A stretch of 54,914 bases of DNA from contig LCRX01000015.1 of assembly GCA_001004885.1 (NCBI GenBank), forward strand, positions 1 through 54,914, in the 5' to 3' direction. A program made the translations under genes and the position numbers. Below the pieces are notes generated by a model. It had not been told where the DNA came from. It saw only the letters and a program-made list of their open reading frames with translations, and did not search any database. Positions within the stretch are counted from its first letter, which is position 1; each line of letters begins with the position of its first letter. This document shows, piece by piece, positions 1 through 8,904 of this stretch. The DNA is from Candidatus Magasanikbacteria bacterium GW2011_GWA2_56_11 (GTDB taxonomy: Bacteria; Patescibacteriota; Patescibacteriia; Magasanikbacterales; UBA922).

Positions 1-28
1 AAAAAACACCAGCCCTCTAATTTTTTGT

Positions 29-466
29 ATGCCACTGCCGCTACCCGACGAAAATTCCAAACGATTTATCGCTGTCCTGAACAAAAAAATCGAGGTCGGC
101 CGCCTCATGAATGCGCTTGGGCACATGACCGCCGGACTGGCCGGCAAAACCGGCGCTGCGGACGAGATGTGTTTTTTGCGCTACGAAGACCAGGACGGCG
201 GCGTCCATCCGCACATCTCGCATTTCCCCTTTATCGTGCTCAAGGCCGACAACTCGAACCAAATCCGGACGGTACGCGCCGAGTGCCTCAAGCGCGGCCT
301 GGCCTTTGGCGATTTTACCGGTACCATGACAGTCGGCACCTCGCAGGAGCAGCAGGAGCGGACGCGCGCGACGCGAGAGGCGGAGCTGGAGTACTATGGA
401 ATTGTGATGTTTGGGGAAACGGGCGAGCTGAAAGAGTTTACCCGGAAGTTTTCTTTATTTCTGTAG
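29..466 (+). CDS. DUF2000-family protein (peptidyl-tRNA hydrolase II-like fold)
   Basis: 145-aa ORF with IAVLNKK...GRLMNALGHM and LEYYGIVMFG...FTRKFSLF motifs recalled for DUF2000. Confidence 0.7.
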   Translation: MPLPLPDENSKRFIAVLNKKIEVGRLMNALGHMTAGLAGKTGAADEMCFLRYEDQDGGVHPHISHFPFIVLKADNSNQIRTVRAECLKRGLAFGDFTGTMTVGTSQEQQERTRATREAELEYYGIVMFGETGELKEFTRKFSLFL

Positions 467-613
467 GATGGTATAAAGTAAATGAGAGCAGGGCAGGCTT
501 TGTGACGCCGGCAGATCTGTCCAGTCGAATATTTTCCTTAGCCGGGCTGTATAAATGCGCCTGTCCGGAGATTGTGTCCGGGCTGGCGGAAATCATCTGT
601 CAACCGGCGAAGT

Positions 614-1075
614 ATGTCTATTTCCGAAGACAAAATAAACAAATCCAACGCCGAGTGGAAAAAAGAACTGCCGCCGGACGTGTACCGCGTAACCCGGGAG
701 AAGGGCACCGAAGCGCCGTTTACCGGCAAATACTGGGACACTTACGACTCCGGCCAGTACTTTTGTTCCAACTGCGGCGCCGAACTGTTCGCCAGCGAAA
801 ATAAATACGACGCTGCCTGTGGATGGCCCAGTTTTGATGCGCCGAGCGGGCGTGCTAAAATTAGCGAAACGCCGGATACAAGCCACGGCCTGGTTCGCAC
901 CGAGGTGGCGTGCGCTCGGTGTGGCGCGCATTTGGGGCATGTATTCGCCGATGGGCCAAAAGAAACTGGCGGACGTCGTTATTGCATCAATTCAGCGGCG
1001 TTGAAGTTTCGCCGGGCCAACCAGGGGGGCGCTACGCCCGGCTCGGCAAGTGATAATGGAAAACGTAATACTTAA
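614..1075 (+). CDS. msrB: peptide-methionine (R)-S-oxide reductase MsrB
   Basis: [45 protein letters not shown]; start taken at ATG 614 within ORF 572..1075. Confidence 0.95.
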   Translation: MSISEDKINKSNAEWKKELPPDVYRVTREKGTEAPFTGKYWDTYDSGQYFCSNCGAELFASENKYDAACGWPSFDAPSGRAKISETPDTSHGLVRTEVACARCGAHLGHVFADGPKETGGRRYCINSAALKFRRANQGGATPGSASDNGKRNT

Positions 1076-1084
1076 CAGCCTATT

Positions 1085-1840
1085 ATGTCGGAATCAGGAC
1101 CGCGGCCGTATGAGCCAATTTTGACTTCAAAGGAAGCGATCGAAGAAAGGCGGGCACGCCGCGAACGGCGGAAGCAAGCGTTTAGGGAGCTAAAAGTATT
1201 AAACACCAGTTTGGAGAGAGCTGAGGGAAAATTGGAAAAGAGAGCCCTGTCTGAGGAGCGGTATATCGAGGAAAAATTCGCGATCGCCGAGCGTGGCAAA
1301 GAGGGCCGGGATCAAATCGGCCAGGAACACGGCGAGTTGGCGTTTTACGAAGCGGCCATACTTTCGGGTGAAATCCACACGTTTTCTGACCGGGCCGAGA
1401 ATTTTTTGTCGGCGGCGCAGGGTAAGCTGTATGAAGCCGGAGTCCAAGAGGACGAGGATCGAGTTTGCCAACTGGAGGAGGAGGCCGACAATCTAGTGGA
1501 GATGGCGCTCGAGGCGGAGTATGCGTTTTGGATAGCCAATGCCTCGGCCAACCCGGAAGTGATAGCCGCCGTGGCGGAATTAATGCACGAGGAACAGGAA
1601 CTCACGGGGTTGGAGCGGATGGTAGCGCGCCGGATTGTGCATCACGAACACGAAGGAAAAATTGGTGAGGCCAATGCTCTGAGAGAGAAATTCGGCCCGC
1701 AGATAGCGGACCGCCGGGCGGCGTTGGAGCTGTTTACCAATCACATGGTTTACAACTACGGCCGGGACGCGTACGATGAAATCCGGCGGCGATTGCAATT
1801 GTCCCAAGCAGGTGACCCGGGGAAAAAACAAAATCAGTGA
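1085..1840 (+). CDS. hypothetical protein (Glu/Arg-rich, helical)
   Basis: 251-aa ORF tightly packed between neighbours; no motif recognised. Confidence 0.7.
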   Translation: MSESGPRPYEPILTSKEAIEERRARRERRKQAFRELKVLNTSLERAEGKLEKRALSEERYIEEKFAIAERGKEGRDQIGQEHGELAFYEAAILSGEIHTFSDRAENFLSAAQGKLYEAGVQEDEDRVCQLEEEADNLVEMALEAEYAFWIANASANPEVIAAVAELMHEEQELTGLERMVARRIVHHEHEGKIGEANALREKFGPQIADRRAALELFTNHMVYNYGRDAYDEIRRRLQLSQAGDPGKKQNQ

Positions 1841-1843
1841 CCT

Positions 1844-2394
1844 ATGACACAAAAAATTATTTTTCTGATTTTCGGGGCAGTAATCGGCGTGACAACCTAC
1901 GCGGCGGTCAGTTATTGGGGGCGAAGTGACGACCGGTCGGACGCAAGGCCAACCGCCGCGTCCCCGACAGCGCCCGAATTGCCGGCCGAAACTTCAAAAA
2001 CCGGCGACGCGCAGAAGCCGGCTGGGCAGCTGGTGGCCGATGACGAAGGTTTTTTTACGTTTATGGTCCCGGCCGACTGGATCGCTAAACCGGTAAAAGG
2101 CCGTGACGGATTAAGCGAAGTCGTGGCCCGGAGTCCAGATTTCAAACTCCGGCTCGATACCGCGGCCGAAGCGCCTTTCGTACCGCACTATTATGAGACT
2201 GGAGCCGAACTTAGCGTCCAGGTCGTGCCGGGCGAGGCCGCGGCGGCCGCCCTCGGTTTGCTTCGGATGGCAATACCTACCGAGTTCGCCTTGGCTACAA
2301 TCCGGCGACTTATCCCGCGGGCGAGTCGGTTTTCGGGCAGGTGCTAAAGTCCTTTCGTCTAAAAAACGCGGCGGAATATGAAGCTGCATTTTAG
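1844..2394 (+). pseudogene. membrane-anchored PsbP-like exported protein, frameshifted near 2235-2250
   Basis: N-terminal hydrophobic anchor and FTFMVPADW in the 1844 frame; another frame continues as DGNTYRVRLGYNPATYPAGESVFGQVLKSFRL to TAG 2394, a plausible C-terminus. Confidence 0.5.
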
Positions 2395-2695
2395 CGGCCT
2401 ATACGCCATGAACCCGCGCCAGCTCATCCGCCGCGCCGGTTATGGGGAAATAATCAATCGAACCGGCGCGGTCAGCTATGCCCGCGTCTTTGGACCTAGC
2501 GGCTACCCCAGATTCCACGCCTATCTTGAGCTGGCGCCCGGGGGGTTCGAGATCAATCTTCATTTGGATCAAAAAAAGCCCACGTACGGAACTGGGACAG
2601 CGCACAGCGGCGAGTACGACGGCGACGCCGTGGAACGCGAGGGAGGGCGGATCCAAGCCGTGATCGCCAGCCTGAAGCGGCCTACACTGGCCTAA
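2378..2695 (+). CDS. conserved hypothetical protein
   Basis: 105-aa ORF with YPRFHAYL and INLHLDQKKPTY..AHSGEYDG, a pattern I recall from CPR genomes. Confidence 0.7.
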   Translation: MKLHFSGLYAMNPRQLIRRAGYGEIINRTGAVSYARVFGPSGYPRFHAYLELAPGGFEINLHLDQKKPTYGTGTAHSGEYDGDAVEREGGRIQAVIASLKRPTLA

Positions 2696-3752
2696 TAAGA
2701 TCGCGGCTCGCGCGCGTGAGCACTCTGCGGCCGGATTTCGTTACCAGTACGTCATCTTCAATCCGGATGCCATAATGACCTCGGCGGTACACTCCGGGTT
2801 CGATGGTGATGAGCATATTTTCTTCGAGCACGACCTTGTCGGCGCTCCCGACCCGCGGCCACTCGTGCACCTGCGTACCGACTCCGTGGCCGAGGCCGTG
2901 AATGAACTCGCAGTTGAGTTCGCCGAGCGACTCCCGGCAGTGCCTATCAAGTTCCGGGGTGGTAATTCCCGGCTTGACCAGCCCGACAGTGGTTTCCTGC
3001 GCCCGGCGGACCCGGTCGTAAAGCGCGGTCTCCTTGGCGGCCGGTTTGCCGACGTATATCGTGCGCGTCATGTCGCTGCAGTAACCGCGGTAGCGCACGC
3101 CCATATCAATAACGCAAAACCCCCGTTTGATTTTGACGGCCGCAGTTTCGTGGTGGGGATTCGCGGCGTTCGCGCCCGAGGCGATAATCGGCGGGAATGA
3201 AGGCTCGACGTAAAGAGCGGCCATGCGCGTGAGCAAAAACCGCGCGGCCGCCGTTTCCGTAGAGAATCTGGACCAGTTTTGAATAAGCTCAGAAAAGAGT
3301 TTATCCGTCAGGGCGGCCGCGCGTTTGAGACAGACAATTTCCTCCGGCAGCTTTACGGCCATGACTTTTTCCTCAGCGGATAGATTTTTTAATTTTACCT
3401 TGGGATATTCGGCCAGACGGGCGCGGATCAGGCACGGTAGGCTGCCGGCGCGGACGGCTATGGTTTTGCCCGCGAGCGCGGAACCCAGCAGCCGCTCCAG
3501 CGGTTTGCGCCAGGGGAGCACGGACAATTCCGGATATTTTTTCTGCCATTGCCGAGCTTCAAAAGGGGTAACGAATAACTTCGGCCGGCCGCTAGAGGGC
3601 AGGTAGAGCAGCCCCGATTCCAGGCGTTGCAAAAGCAGATAGTAGAGGATATCGTCGGCCGTCTCATGACCGAAGTTGCCCACAATCAGCGCGTCGCCGG
3701 ACTGCTGTTTGACCAGCGCTCTGAGGGAGCGCAGTTTTTTGGTGAGCATCAT
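2682..3752 (-). CDS. Xaa-Pro aminopeptidase (M24 family)
   Basis: YCSDMTRT, FIHGLGHGVG..VHE, ITIEPGVY, IRIEDD metal-ligand motifs; start uncertain (3767/3752/3749). Confidence 0.9.
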   Translation of the reverse strand: MMLTKKLRSLRALVKQQSGDALIVGNFGHETADDILYYLLLQRLESGLLYLPSSGRPKLFVTPFEARQWQKKYPELSVLPWRKPLERLLGSALAGKTIAVRAGSLPCLIRARLAEYPKVKLKNLSAEEKVMAVKLPEEIVCLKRAAALTDKLFSELIQNWSRFSTETAAARFLLTRMAALYVEPSFPPIIASGANAANPHHETAAVKIKRGFCVIDMGVRYRGYCSDMTRTIYVGKPAAKETALYDRVRRAQETTVGLVKPGITTPELDRHCRESLGELNCEFIHGLGHGVGTQVHEWPRVGSADKVVLEENMLITIEPGVYRRGHYGIRIEDDVLVTKSGRRVLTRASRDLIRPV

Positions 3753-4552
3753 AGGCGGCGCCGCCACGGCGAGAGCACGATAGCGGCCATGATGAAGTGT
3801 AAAATCGAAATCAGGAGCGCGTACGCGAAGATGCCAACAAGGAATTTGAGCGAACGGCTAAGAGCCAGAACATAGCCGGTGATATCGGCGCGCGCGGCCA
3901 CCGCGACCAAATTTAAAATGAGGAGGAGCGCCACTATCCAAAACAAACCGCGCCACATGCCGGACTGGTCGGCCCGGCTCGGCGCCATGTGCGAGGCGAC
4001 GCAGAAAGAGACGTAGAGGAACACCCAGAAATTCCAGGTGCGGATGTTTTCTCCGCTAAACAGGTTGGCCAGACTCTCGCCCAGGGAAGAAAAAAAATCG
4101 CGCCCGCCGGCTAATTCCCGGACTAGCGGGGCAAAAACTTCCCGGCCGTTGGGCAGCAAAAAATACAGCATGGCCACGAGGACCGCCGAACCCCAGATAA
4201 GCGGAGCCGCCCCGATAAAGAAGTTGCCGATTCGCTGGTACCAGCTGTGCGTGCGGTATGAGTGGTCTACGTGTCCCAAGTTGCCGGTAGCCGGATTGGG
4301 GCGGAAAAGGTAGACCTCGTTAATCGTGTGCCGGAAAATTTTGGCAAAAAAGACGTGCCCCAGTTCGTGAATCGGCGTTCCCATCCAGGCCGTCCAGAGA
4401 ATGCCTTTCCACCCCACGCTCCGGACATACATGCGGTGCGTAAAAGCCTGGATGTGTGAGAGCAGGAAACCAAATAAAAGAAAAACCCCCAGCAAACTGG
4501 CGAGCTGGAGCCCCAGAGAGATAAAAAATGTGCTCACAATTTCGAGAAACAT
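3749..4552 (-). CDS. membrane protein with HExxH motif (M50-like zinc metalloprotease)
   Basis: GTPIHELGH, NLGHV, NFFIGAAP; several hydrophobic helices. Confidence 0.7.
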   Translation of the reverse strand: MFLEIVSTFFISLGLQLASLLGVFLLFGFLLSHIQAFTHRMYVRSVGWKGILWTAWMGTPIHELGHVFFAKIFRHTINEVYLFRPNPATGNLGHVDHSYRTHSWYQRIGNFFIGAAPLIWGSAVLVAMLYFLLPNGREVFAPLVRELAGGRDFFSSLGESLANLFSGENIRTWNFWVFLYVSFCVASHMAPSRADQSGMWRGLFWIVALLLILNLVAVAARADITGYVLALSRSLKFLVGIFAYALLISILHFIMAAIVLSPWRRRL

Positions 4553-4590
4553 GGCAGTGGATTATCAGTAAAAAGTAATTTTACCCCATC

Positions 4591-4707
4591 GTTACACCTC
4601 GGTCTCTGCCCGTCTGTCATACTTAGGCATGACACGACGAGACGCAGTGAGTCCAAGGAATGCCTAAGTATGATAGACGGATAGGGACCCGCGAGCGGAG
4701 GGAACAG
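4591..4707 (+). repeat. dispersed hairpin element, copy 1
   Basis: arms 4601-4630 / 4660-4689 (30 bp, 3 G-T pairs, 1 mismatch) around loop gacacgacgagacgcagtgagtccaagga. Confidence 0.9.
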
Positions 4708-4832
4708 GGATAGTAACCGGGAACATCAAGGCGTAAAGAACAAGAATCGAAGAGAAATAGGATAAGGGAAAAAATAATAGCAAAGAATGAACTGGTAGTG
4801 GGTTATCAGCAATTCTATCCTAAGTTGAGCCG

Positions 4833-4912
4833 AAACATAGACTGATTTTCACGGCGCCAATGTCTGAGCCTGTAAGAGCGAGTTTTGGTGCCGTAAAAAT
4901 CAGTCTATGTTT
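4833..4912. repeat. long inverted repeat (second hairpin type)
   Basis: aaacatagactgattttcacggcgccaa (4833-4860) pairs with 4885-4912 (1 mismatch, 1 G-T); 24-nt loop. Confidence 0.8.
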
Positions 4913-4980
4913 GAGGCGAAAAGGGGGAAACTCGCTATGAGTTCAATCCGCGAGCTATTATACCAATATTCAAACGCGCT

Positions 4981-5035
4981 AACAAACAAATAAAAACTCC
5001 GCGCGTTTTGGGCGGGGAGTTATTATTTGTTTGTT
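4981..5035 (-). terminator. intrinsic terminator of rpmA (possibly bidirectional)
   Basis: aacaaacaaataa..aactcc / ggagtt..ttatttgtttgtt hairpin with a U-rich tail directly after the rpmA stop. Confidence 0.7.
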
Positions 5036-5315
5036 AGACCGCCGGTACCACGTTCACGAAAGTGGTAACCCGCCGATTGCCGTCAAAGCGCTGGCGTTTT
5101 TTGCGGATAAATTTTACTTGTCCGGCGTTCGTGGCGAACAGAGTGTCATCGCCGCCGCGGCCGACGTTTTTACCAGGGTGGATTCTCGTGCCGCGCTGTC
5201 TAACCAGCACGGTGCCGGCCTTGACCGCTTCGCCGTCTCCTACCTTGACGCCAAGGTACTTGGGCTGTGAATCGCGGCCGAGCCGAGTAGCGCCACCCGC
5301 CTTTTTATGGGCCAT
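5034..5315 (-). CDS. rpmA: 50S ribosomal protein L27
   Basis: [14 protein letters not shown]...LGVK...[20 protein letters not shown]. Confidence 0.98.
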   Translation of the reverse strand: MAHKKAGGATRLGRDSQPKYLGVKVGDGEAVKAGTVLVRQRGTRIHPGKNVGRGGDDTLFATNAGQVKFIRKKRQRFDGNRRVTTFVNVVPAV

Positions 5316-5426
5316 AAAATATTTTTAAAGGCTGTTCCCCTTCGCTACCACGAAGAGTACTGTCTTAAAGAGGCCAGTCCGTCTATCTGGTTGCAGACGC
5401 GTAACTTAGCCCCTAGAGTTGGCTAG

Positions 5427-5477
5427 AATATACCAAAGGCCGCTTATCTTGTCAAGGCCGGGCTCATCTTCTATAAT
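5427..5477. promoter_or_regulatory. overlapping divergent sigma70-type promoters (rpmA and ftsW operon)
   Basis: minus: TTGACA(5455-5450)-N17-TATATT(5432-5427); plus: TTGTCA(5449)-N17-TATAAT(5472-5477). Confidence 0.7.
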
Positions 5478-5483
5478 ATACCT

Positions 5484-5846
5484 ATGAAACTCTCACTTTA
5501 CCCGCCGAAATTATTTTTTACCCGCTGGCCGGTAGCCGTTGCCGGCAGCCTGGCGATAGCCGGCAACCTCTCTGCCTGGCTGTGGTTGTGGCTGCAGGTG
5601 CCGCGGACCGGCGGCCAGATGGTCTTGCACTACACCGTACTGTTTGGGGTTGACCGGGTCGGCCCCTACCGGGCGCTGTACTACGCTCCGGCCTTGGGCT
5701 TGGCGGTTCTGGTTGTCAATTTAGCCATCGGCTGGCTTTTGTACCGGCAGGATAAGTTTATCGCCGAGCTTCTCATGGCGGTAGCCGCAGCCGTGCAAAT
5801 CGCAGTATTTTTCTCCAGTTATCTCCTGGTACTTCTCAACGCTTAG
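5484..5846 (+). CDS. small membrane protein
   Basis: 120 aa, three hydrophobic segments, LHYTVLFGVD motif; upstream of ftsW. Confidence 0.75.
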   Translation: MKLSLYPPKLFFTRWPVAVAGSLAIAGNLSAWLWLWLQVPRTGGQMVLHYTVLFGVDRVGPYRALYYAPALGLAVLVVNLAIGWLLYRQDKFIAELLMAVAAAVQIAVFFSSYLLVLLNA

Positions 5847-5850
5847 TGCC

Positions 5851-6978
5851 ATGCCGCGCGCTTTACCGGACAGTCCGCCGGACTTCCCCCTACTTATCGC
5901 CGCCGGGTCCCTGGTGCTTTTTGGTCTGGTGGCTTTGAGCTCCGCCAGCATTTCGGTCGGACTTGACCTGGCCGGCGATCCCTACTATTTTATCCGCCGC
6001 CAAATTATGTACGGTTTTTTGCCGGGCATTTTTTTTGGGTTTATAGCTTATACGATCCATTACGGACGCTGGAACCGGCTGTCGCTGTGGATATTTGGCT
6101 TGAGCGTCCTCTTGCTCGTTCTCGTGGCCATACCGGGCATTGGCACCGGCTACACCAAGGACGCCCGGAGCTGGTTTACTCTTTTTGGAGCGTCTTTTCA
6201 GCCGGCCGAGGCGGCTAAACTGGCGCTGATCATTTTTTTGGCCAGTTTTCTCGACCGTAATCGGGCAGGGCTCGCGAGTTTTCGGCAGGGTTTTCTTCCG
6301 GCCCTGGCCATAGGGTCTATTCCCGTGGTTTTGGTTTTGTTGCAGCCCGACGTCGGGACGGCGACGATTTTGTTTTCGATTGTTTTCTGCCTCCTTTTTT
6401 TTGCGGGAGCGCAGTGGCGGCATTTGTTGCTTCTTATGGGCGCCGGGCTGTCGGGTTTTGTTCTCATGGTGGCGTTGGCGCCCTACCGGCTCAATCGTCT
6501 CATGACTTTTTTGCATCCGGAACTTGACCCGCAGGGTATTGGCTATCATATTAACCAGGCTTTTTTGGCGATCGGTTCCGGCGGCTGGCTGGGTTTGGGC
6601 CTGGGCCGGTCGCAGCAGAAGTTTCAGTATCTTCCGGAGGTGCACGCTGACAGCATTTTTGCCGTCATTGCCGAGGAGTTGGGCTTTGTTATCTCGCTTT
6701 CCCTGATAGCGCTCATTCTCTTTATACTCCTGCGGCTCCTCAAACTGGCGCAAAAAGCCCCGGACGATTTTGGCCGCCTGCTGCTTGCCGGTATCGCCGC
6801 CTGGATTGGGGTTCAGTCTTTTTTCAATATTGGAGCCATGCTGGGCCTGCTCCCGCTCACGGGCGTGCCGCTGCCTTTTGTCAGCCACGGTGGCAGCGCT
6901 CTTTTGATAGGCCTAACCGCGATCGGTATCGCGCTTAATGTGAGTCGGGAATGTGATGTTCGGTCTAAATCCAGGTAG
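5851..6978 (+). CDS. ftsW: cell division protein FtsW (SEDS family)
   Basis: ARSWF, FQPAEAAK, LQPDVG, YLPEVHADSIF, GVPLPFVSHGGS; adjacent to murG. Confidence 0.92.
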   Translation: MPRALPDSPPDFPLLIAAGSLVLFGLVALSSASISVGLDLAGDPYYFIRRQIMYGFLPGIFFGFIAYTIHYGRWNRLSLWIFGLSVLLLVLVAIPGIGTGYTKDARSWFTLFGASFQPAEAAKLALIIFLASFLDRNRAGLASFRQGFLPALAIGSIPVVLVLLQPDVGTATILFSIVFCLLFFAGAQWRHLLLLMGAGLSGFVLMVALAPYRLNRLMTFLHPELDPQGIGYHINQAFLAIGSGGWLGLGLGRSQQKFQYLPEVHADSIFAVIAEELGFVISLSLIALILFILLRLLKLAQKAPDDFGRLLLAGIAAWIGVQSFFNIGAMLGLLPLTGVPLPFVSHGGSALLIGLTAIGIALNVSRECDVRSKSR

Positions 6979-7068
6979 CCTATTCTGACTGGGAATGACT
7001 CTTTTTTCGCGACCTTCTTGGTCATGATATATGCAGGCCGTCCTTGAATTTGTTTGTGCTATTTCCGG

Positions 7069-7180
7069 GTTTTCCTTCGTAGGGGGGCTTTCACCCGGAT
7101 ATTATACTTAGGCATTCCTTGGACTCACTGCGTCTCGTCGTGTCATGCCTAAGTATAATATCCGGGTGAAAGCCGGTGTA
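7069..7180 (-). repeat. dispersed hairpin element, copy 2
   Basis: perfect 30-bp arms 7086-7115 / 7145-7174; same 29-nt loop in reverse orientation. Confidence 0.9.
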
Positions 7181-7321
7181 GAGAAAGGGGCATTGTCTTC
7201 GAGCGGCATTTGTGGTTATCTTAAGACGGGCTGGTTGGATTTATTTATCACCAAACATAATCGCTGTCTAAAATTAGGTTTGACAAACAAGTCATTAGTC
7301 TCGAAGCCAATCAATTTCTTT

Positions 7322-7425
7322 TATACCACTGTTCCCGTCCGGACATAGTGTCTGGGCATGACACGACGAGACGCAGTGAGTCCAAGGAATGCCCAGACAC
7401 TATGTCCGGACGTGAACGCAGGAAC
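7322..7425 (+). repeat. dispersed hairpin element, copy 3
   Basis: arms 7331-7359 / 7389-7417 (1 mismatch) with a different stem sequence; identical 29-nt loop. Confidence 0.9.
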
Positions 7426-7512
7426 GGAGAAAAAAACGGGCGACAGGAGCGAATAAAAGGAAAAAGTACGACAGGAGAATAAACTAAGCATCAATACGCA
7501 AAAAAGCATTCT

Positions 7513-8589
7513 ATGAAAATCATCTTTTCCGGCGGCGGCACACTGGGTCCGGTAACGCCTCTGTTGGCGGTTCACGAGGTGGTTAAAAGCCGCTATCCGG
7601 AGGCCGAATTTTTGTGGGTTGGCACTCGGTCCGGACCGGAGAGGGGACTGGTCGAGGCCGCCGGCATTAGATTTGTTACCCTGCCGTCGGGTAAATTCCG
7701 GCGTTACCTGTCGGTCTGGAACATTGTTGACTTGGGGCGGATCGTAGCCGGCTTTTTTTACTCTCTCCGGCTCTTGTCCCGTGAAAGCCCGGATTTTTGC
7801 GTGTCGGCCGGCGGATTTATTTCCGTGCCGTTGCACTGGGCGTCCTGGCTTCTGGGCGTGCCGGCCTGGGTGCACCAGCAAGACGCGGACGTGGGGCTCG
7901 CGAACAAACTGATGGCTCCCTTTGCCCGCGTGGTGTCGGTCGTTTTTGCGGAGCAGGCCAGGCATTTTTCTCCGCGTCGGACGGTACATTTGGGTAATCC
8001 GGTACGCGGCGACATTCTGGACGGATCCAAGGAAGAGGCGGCGCGCCTGTTCGCGCTCCAACCAGGCCTGCCGGTAGTGTTTGCGACCGGCGGCGGGACC
8101 GGATCGCTGCGGTTGAACCAGCTGGTGGTGGAGGCGGTGCCGCAGCTGGCAGGCGTTTGCCAGGTGATTCATTTGTCGGGCAAAGAGCGTCCCCAGGAAC
8201 TGGTGGAACGGACGGTTAAGCTTTTTTCCGCTTATTACCAGGTGCACCAATTTTTTTCTACCGAGATGAAGCAGGCTTACGCGGCGGCGGATATTATCAT
8301 TTCCCGGGGCGGCTTTGGCACGCTGTCGGAAATCGCGGCGCTCGGCAGGAGCGCGATTATTATTCCCAAACCCGGACACCAGACGGAGAACGCGGTTTAT
8401 CTGCAATCGCGCGGGGCCGTGATTTACGTAAACGAAAAAACGTCTGATGGAAATTATTTGGCTAAACTTATCAAAGAATTGCTAGCCGACAGAGTGCGGC
8501 AAGAGCAGCTGAAACGGGCAGTCAGCCAAGTTTTGCCACCGGCCAAACAGGACGCCATTTTGGGGATTGTCGAGCGGCTAGTGGCCTAA
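7513..8589 (+). CDS. murG: MurG glycosyltransferase
   Basis: SGGGTLGPVTP (variant of GGTGGH), HQQD, GNPVR, GGGTGS, ISRGG; follows ftsW. Confidence 0.9.
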   Translation: MKIIFSGGGTLGPVTPLLAVHEVVKSRYPEAEFLWVGTRSGPERGLVEAAGIRFVTLPSGKFRRYLSVWNIVDLGRIVAGFFYSLRLLSRESPDFCVSAGGFISVPLHWASWLLGVPAWVHQQDADVGLANKLMAPFARVVSVVFAEQARHFSPRRTVHLGNPVRGDILDGSKEEAARLFALQPGLPVVFATGGGTGSLRLNQLVVEAVPQLAGVCQVIHLSGKERPQELVERTVKLFSAYYQVHQFFSTEMKQAYAAADIIISRGGFGTLSEIAALGRSAIIIPKPGHQTENAVYLQSRGAVIYVNEKTSDGNYLAKLIKELLADRVRQEQLKRAVSQVLPPAKQDAILGIVERLVA

Positions 8590-8620
8590 CAAGATCGAAG
8601 TTTTCCTATTTCCTGTCTCT

Positions 8621-8737
8621 CTGTTCCCTTCGCTCGCGGGTCCCTGCCCGGATATCATACTTAGGCATTCCTTGGACTCACTGCGTCTCGTCGTGTCATG
8701 CCTAAGTATGATATCCGGGCAGGGACCGAGGCGTAAC
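8621..8737 (-). repeat. dispersed hairpin element, copy 4
   Basis: perfect 30-bp arms 8639-8668 / 8698-8727; same loop; flanks gttacgcc and cgcgagcgaagggaacag match copy 1. Confidence 0.9.
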
Positions 8738-8904
8738 CTTGGTGTGTCGATTTTTGGTTTTAGGCGGGCTTTGTTTTTTGCTACGTCAGCTGTTAGACCG
8801 GGTTGTAAACACGGAAAATTGCTCGACTGTATATTTCGGCTTATGACTTTAGACATCTAGTCTCTATTCTGTTATACTGAGTTCACCGTATCTACGGCTC
8901 TGTT

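Noticed and set aside
25-804. Long alternative-frame and antisense ORFs (25..804, 5890..6888, 7321..8406, 26523..27158, 41203..42105 and similar)
   Set aside because: They shadow well-supported genes in GC-rich DNA and show no recognisable motifs.
4591-8737. CRISPR array interpretation of the recurring 29-nt loop
   Set aside because: Copies are dispersed, in both orientations, without regular spacers, and no cas genes are in the window.
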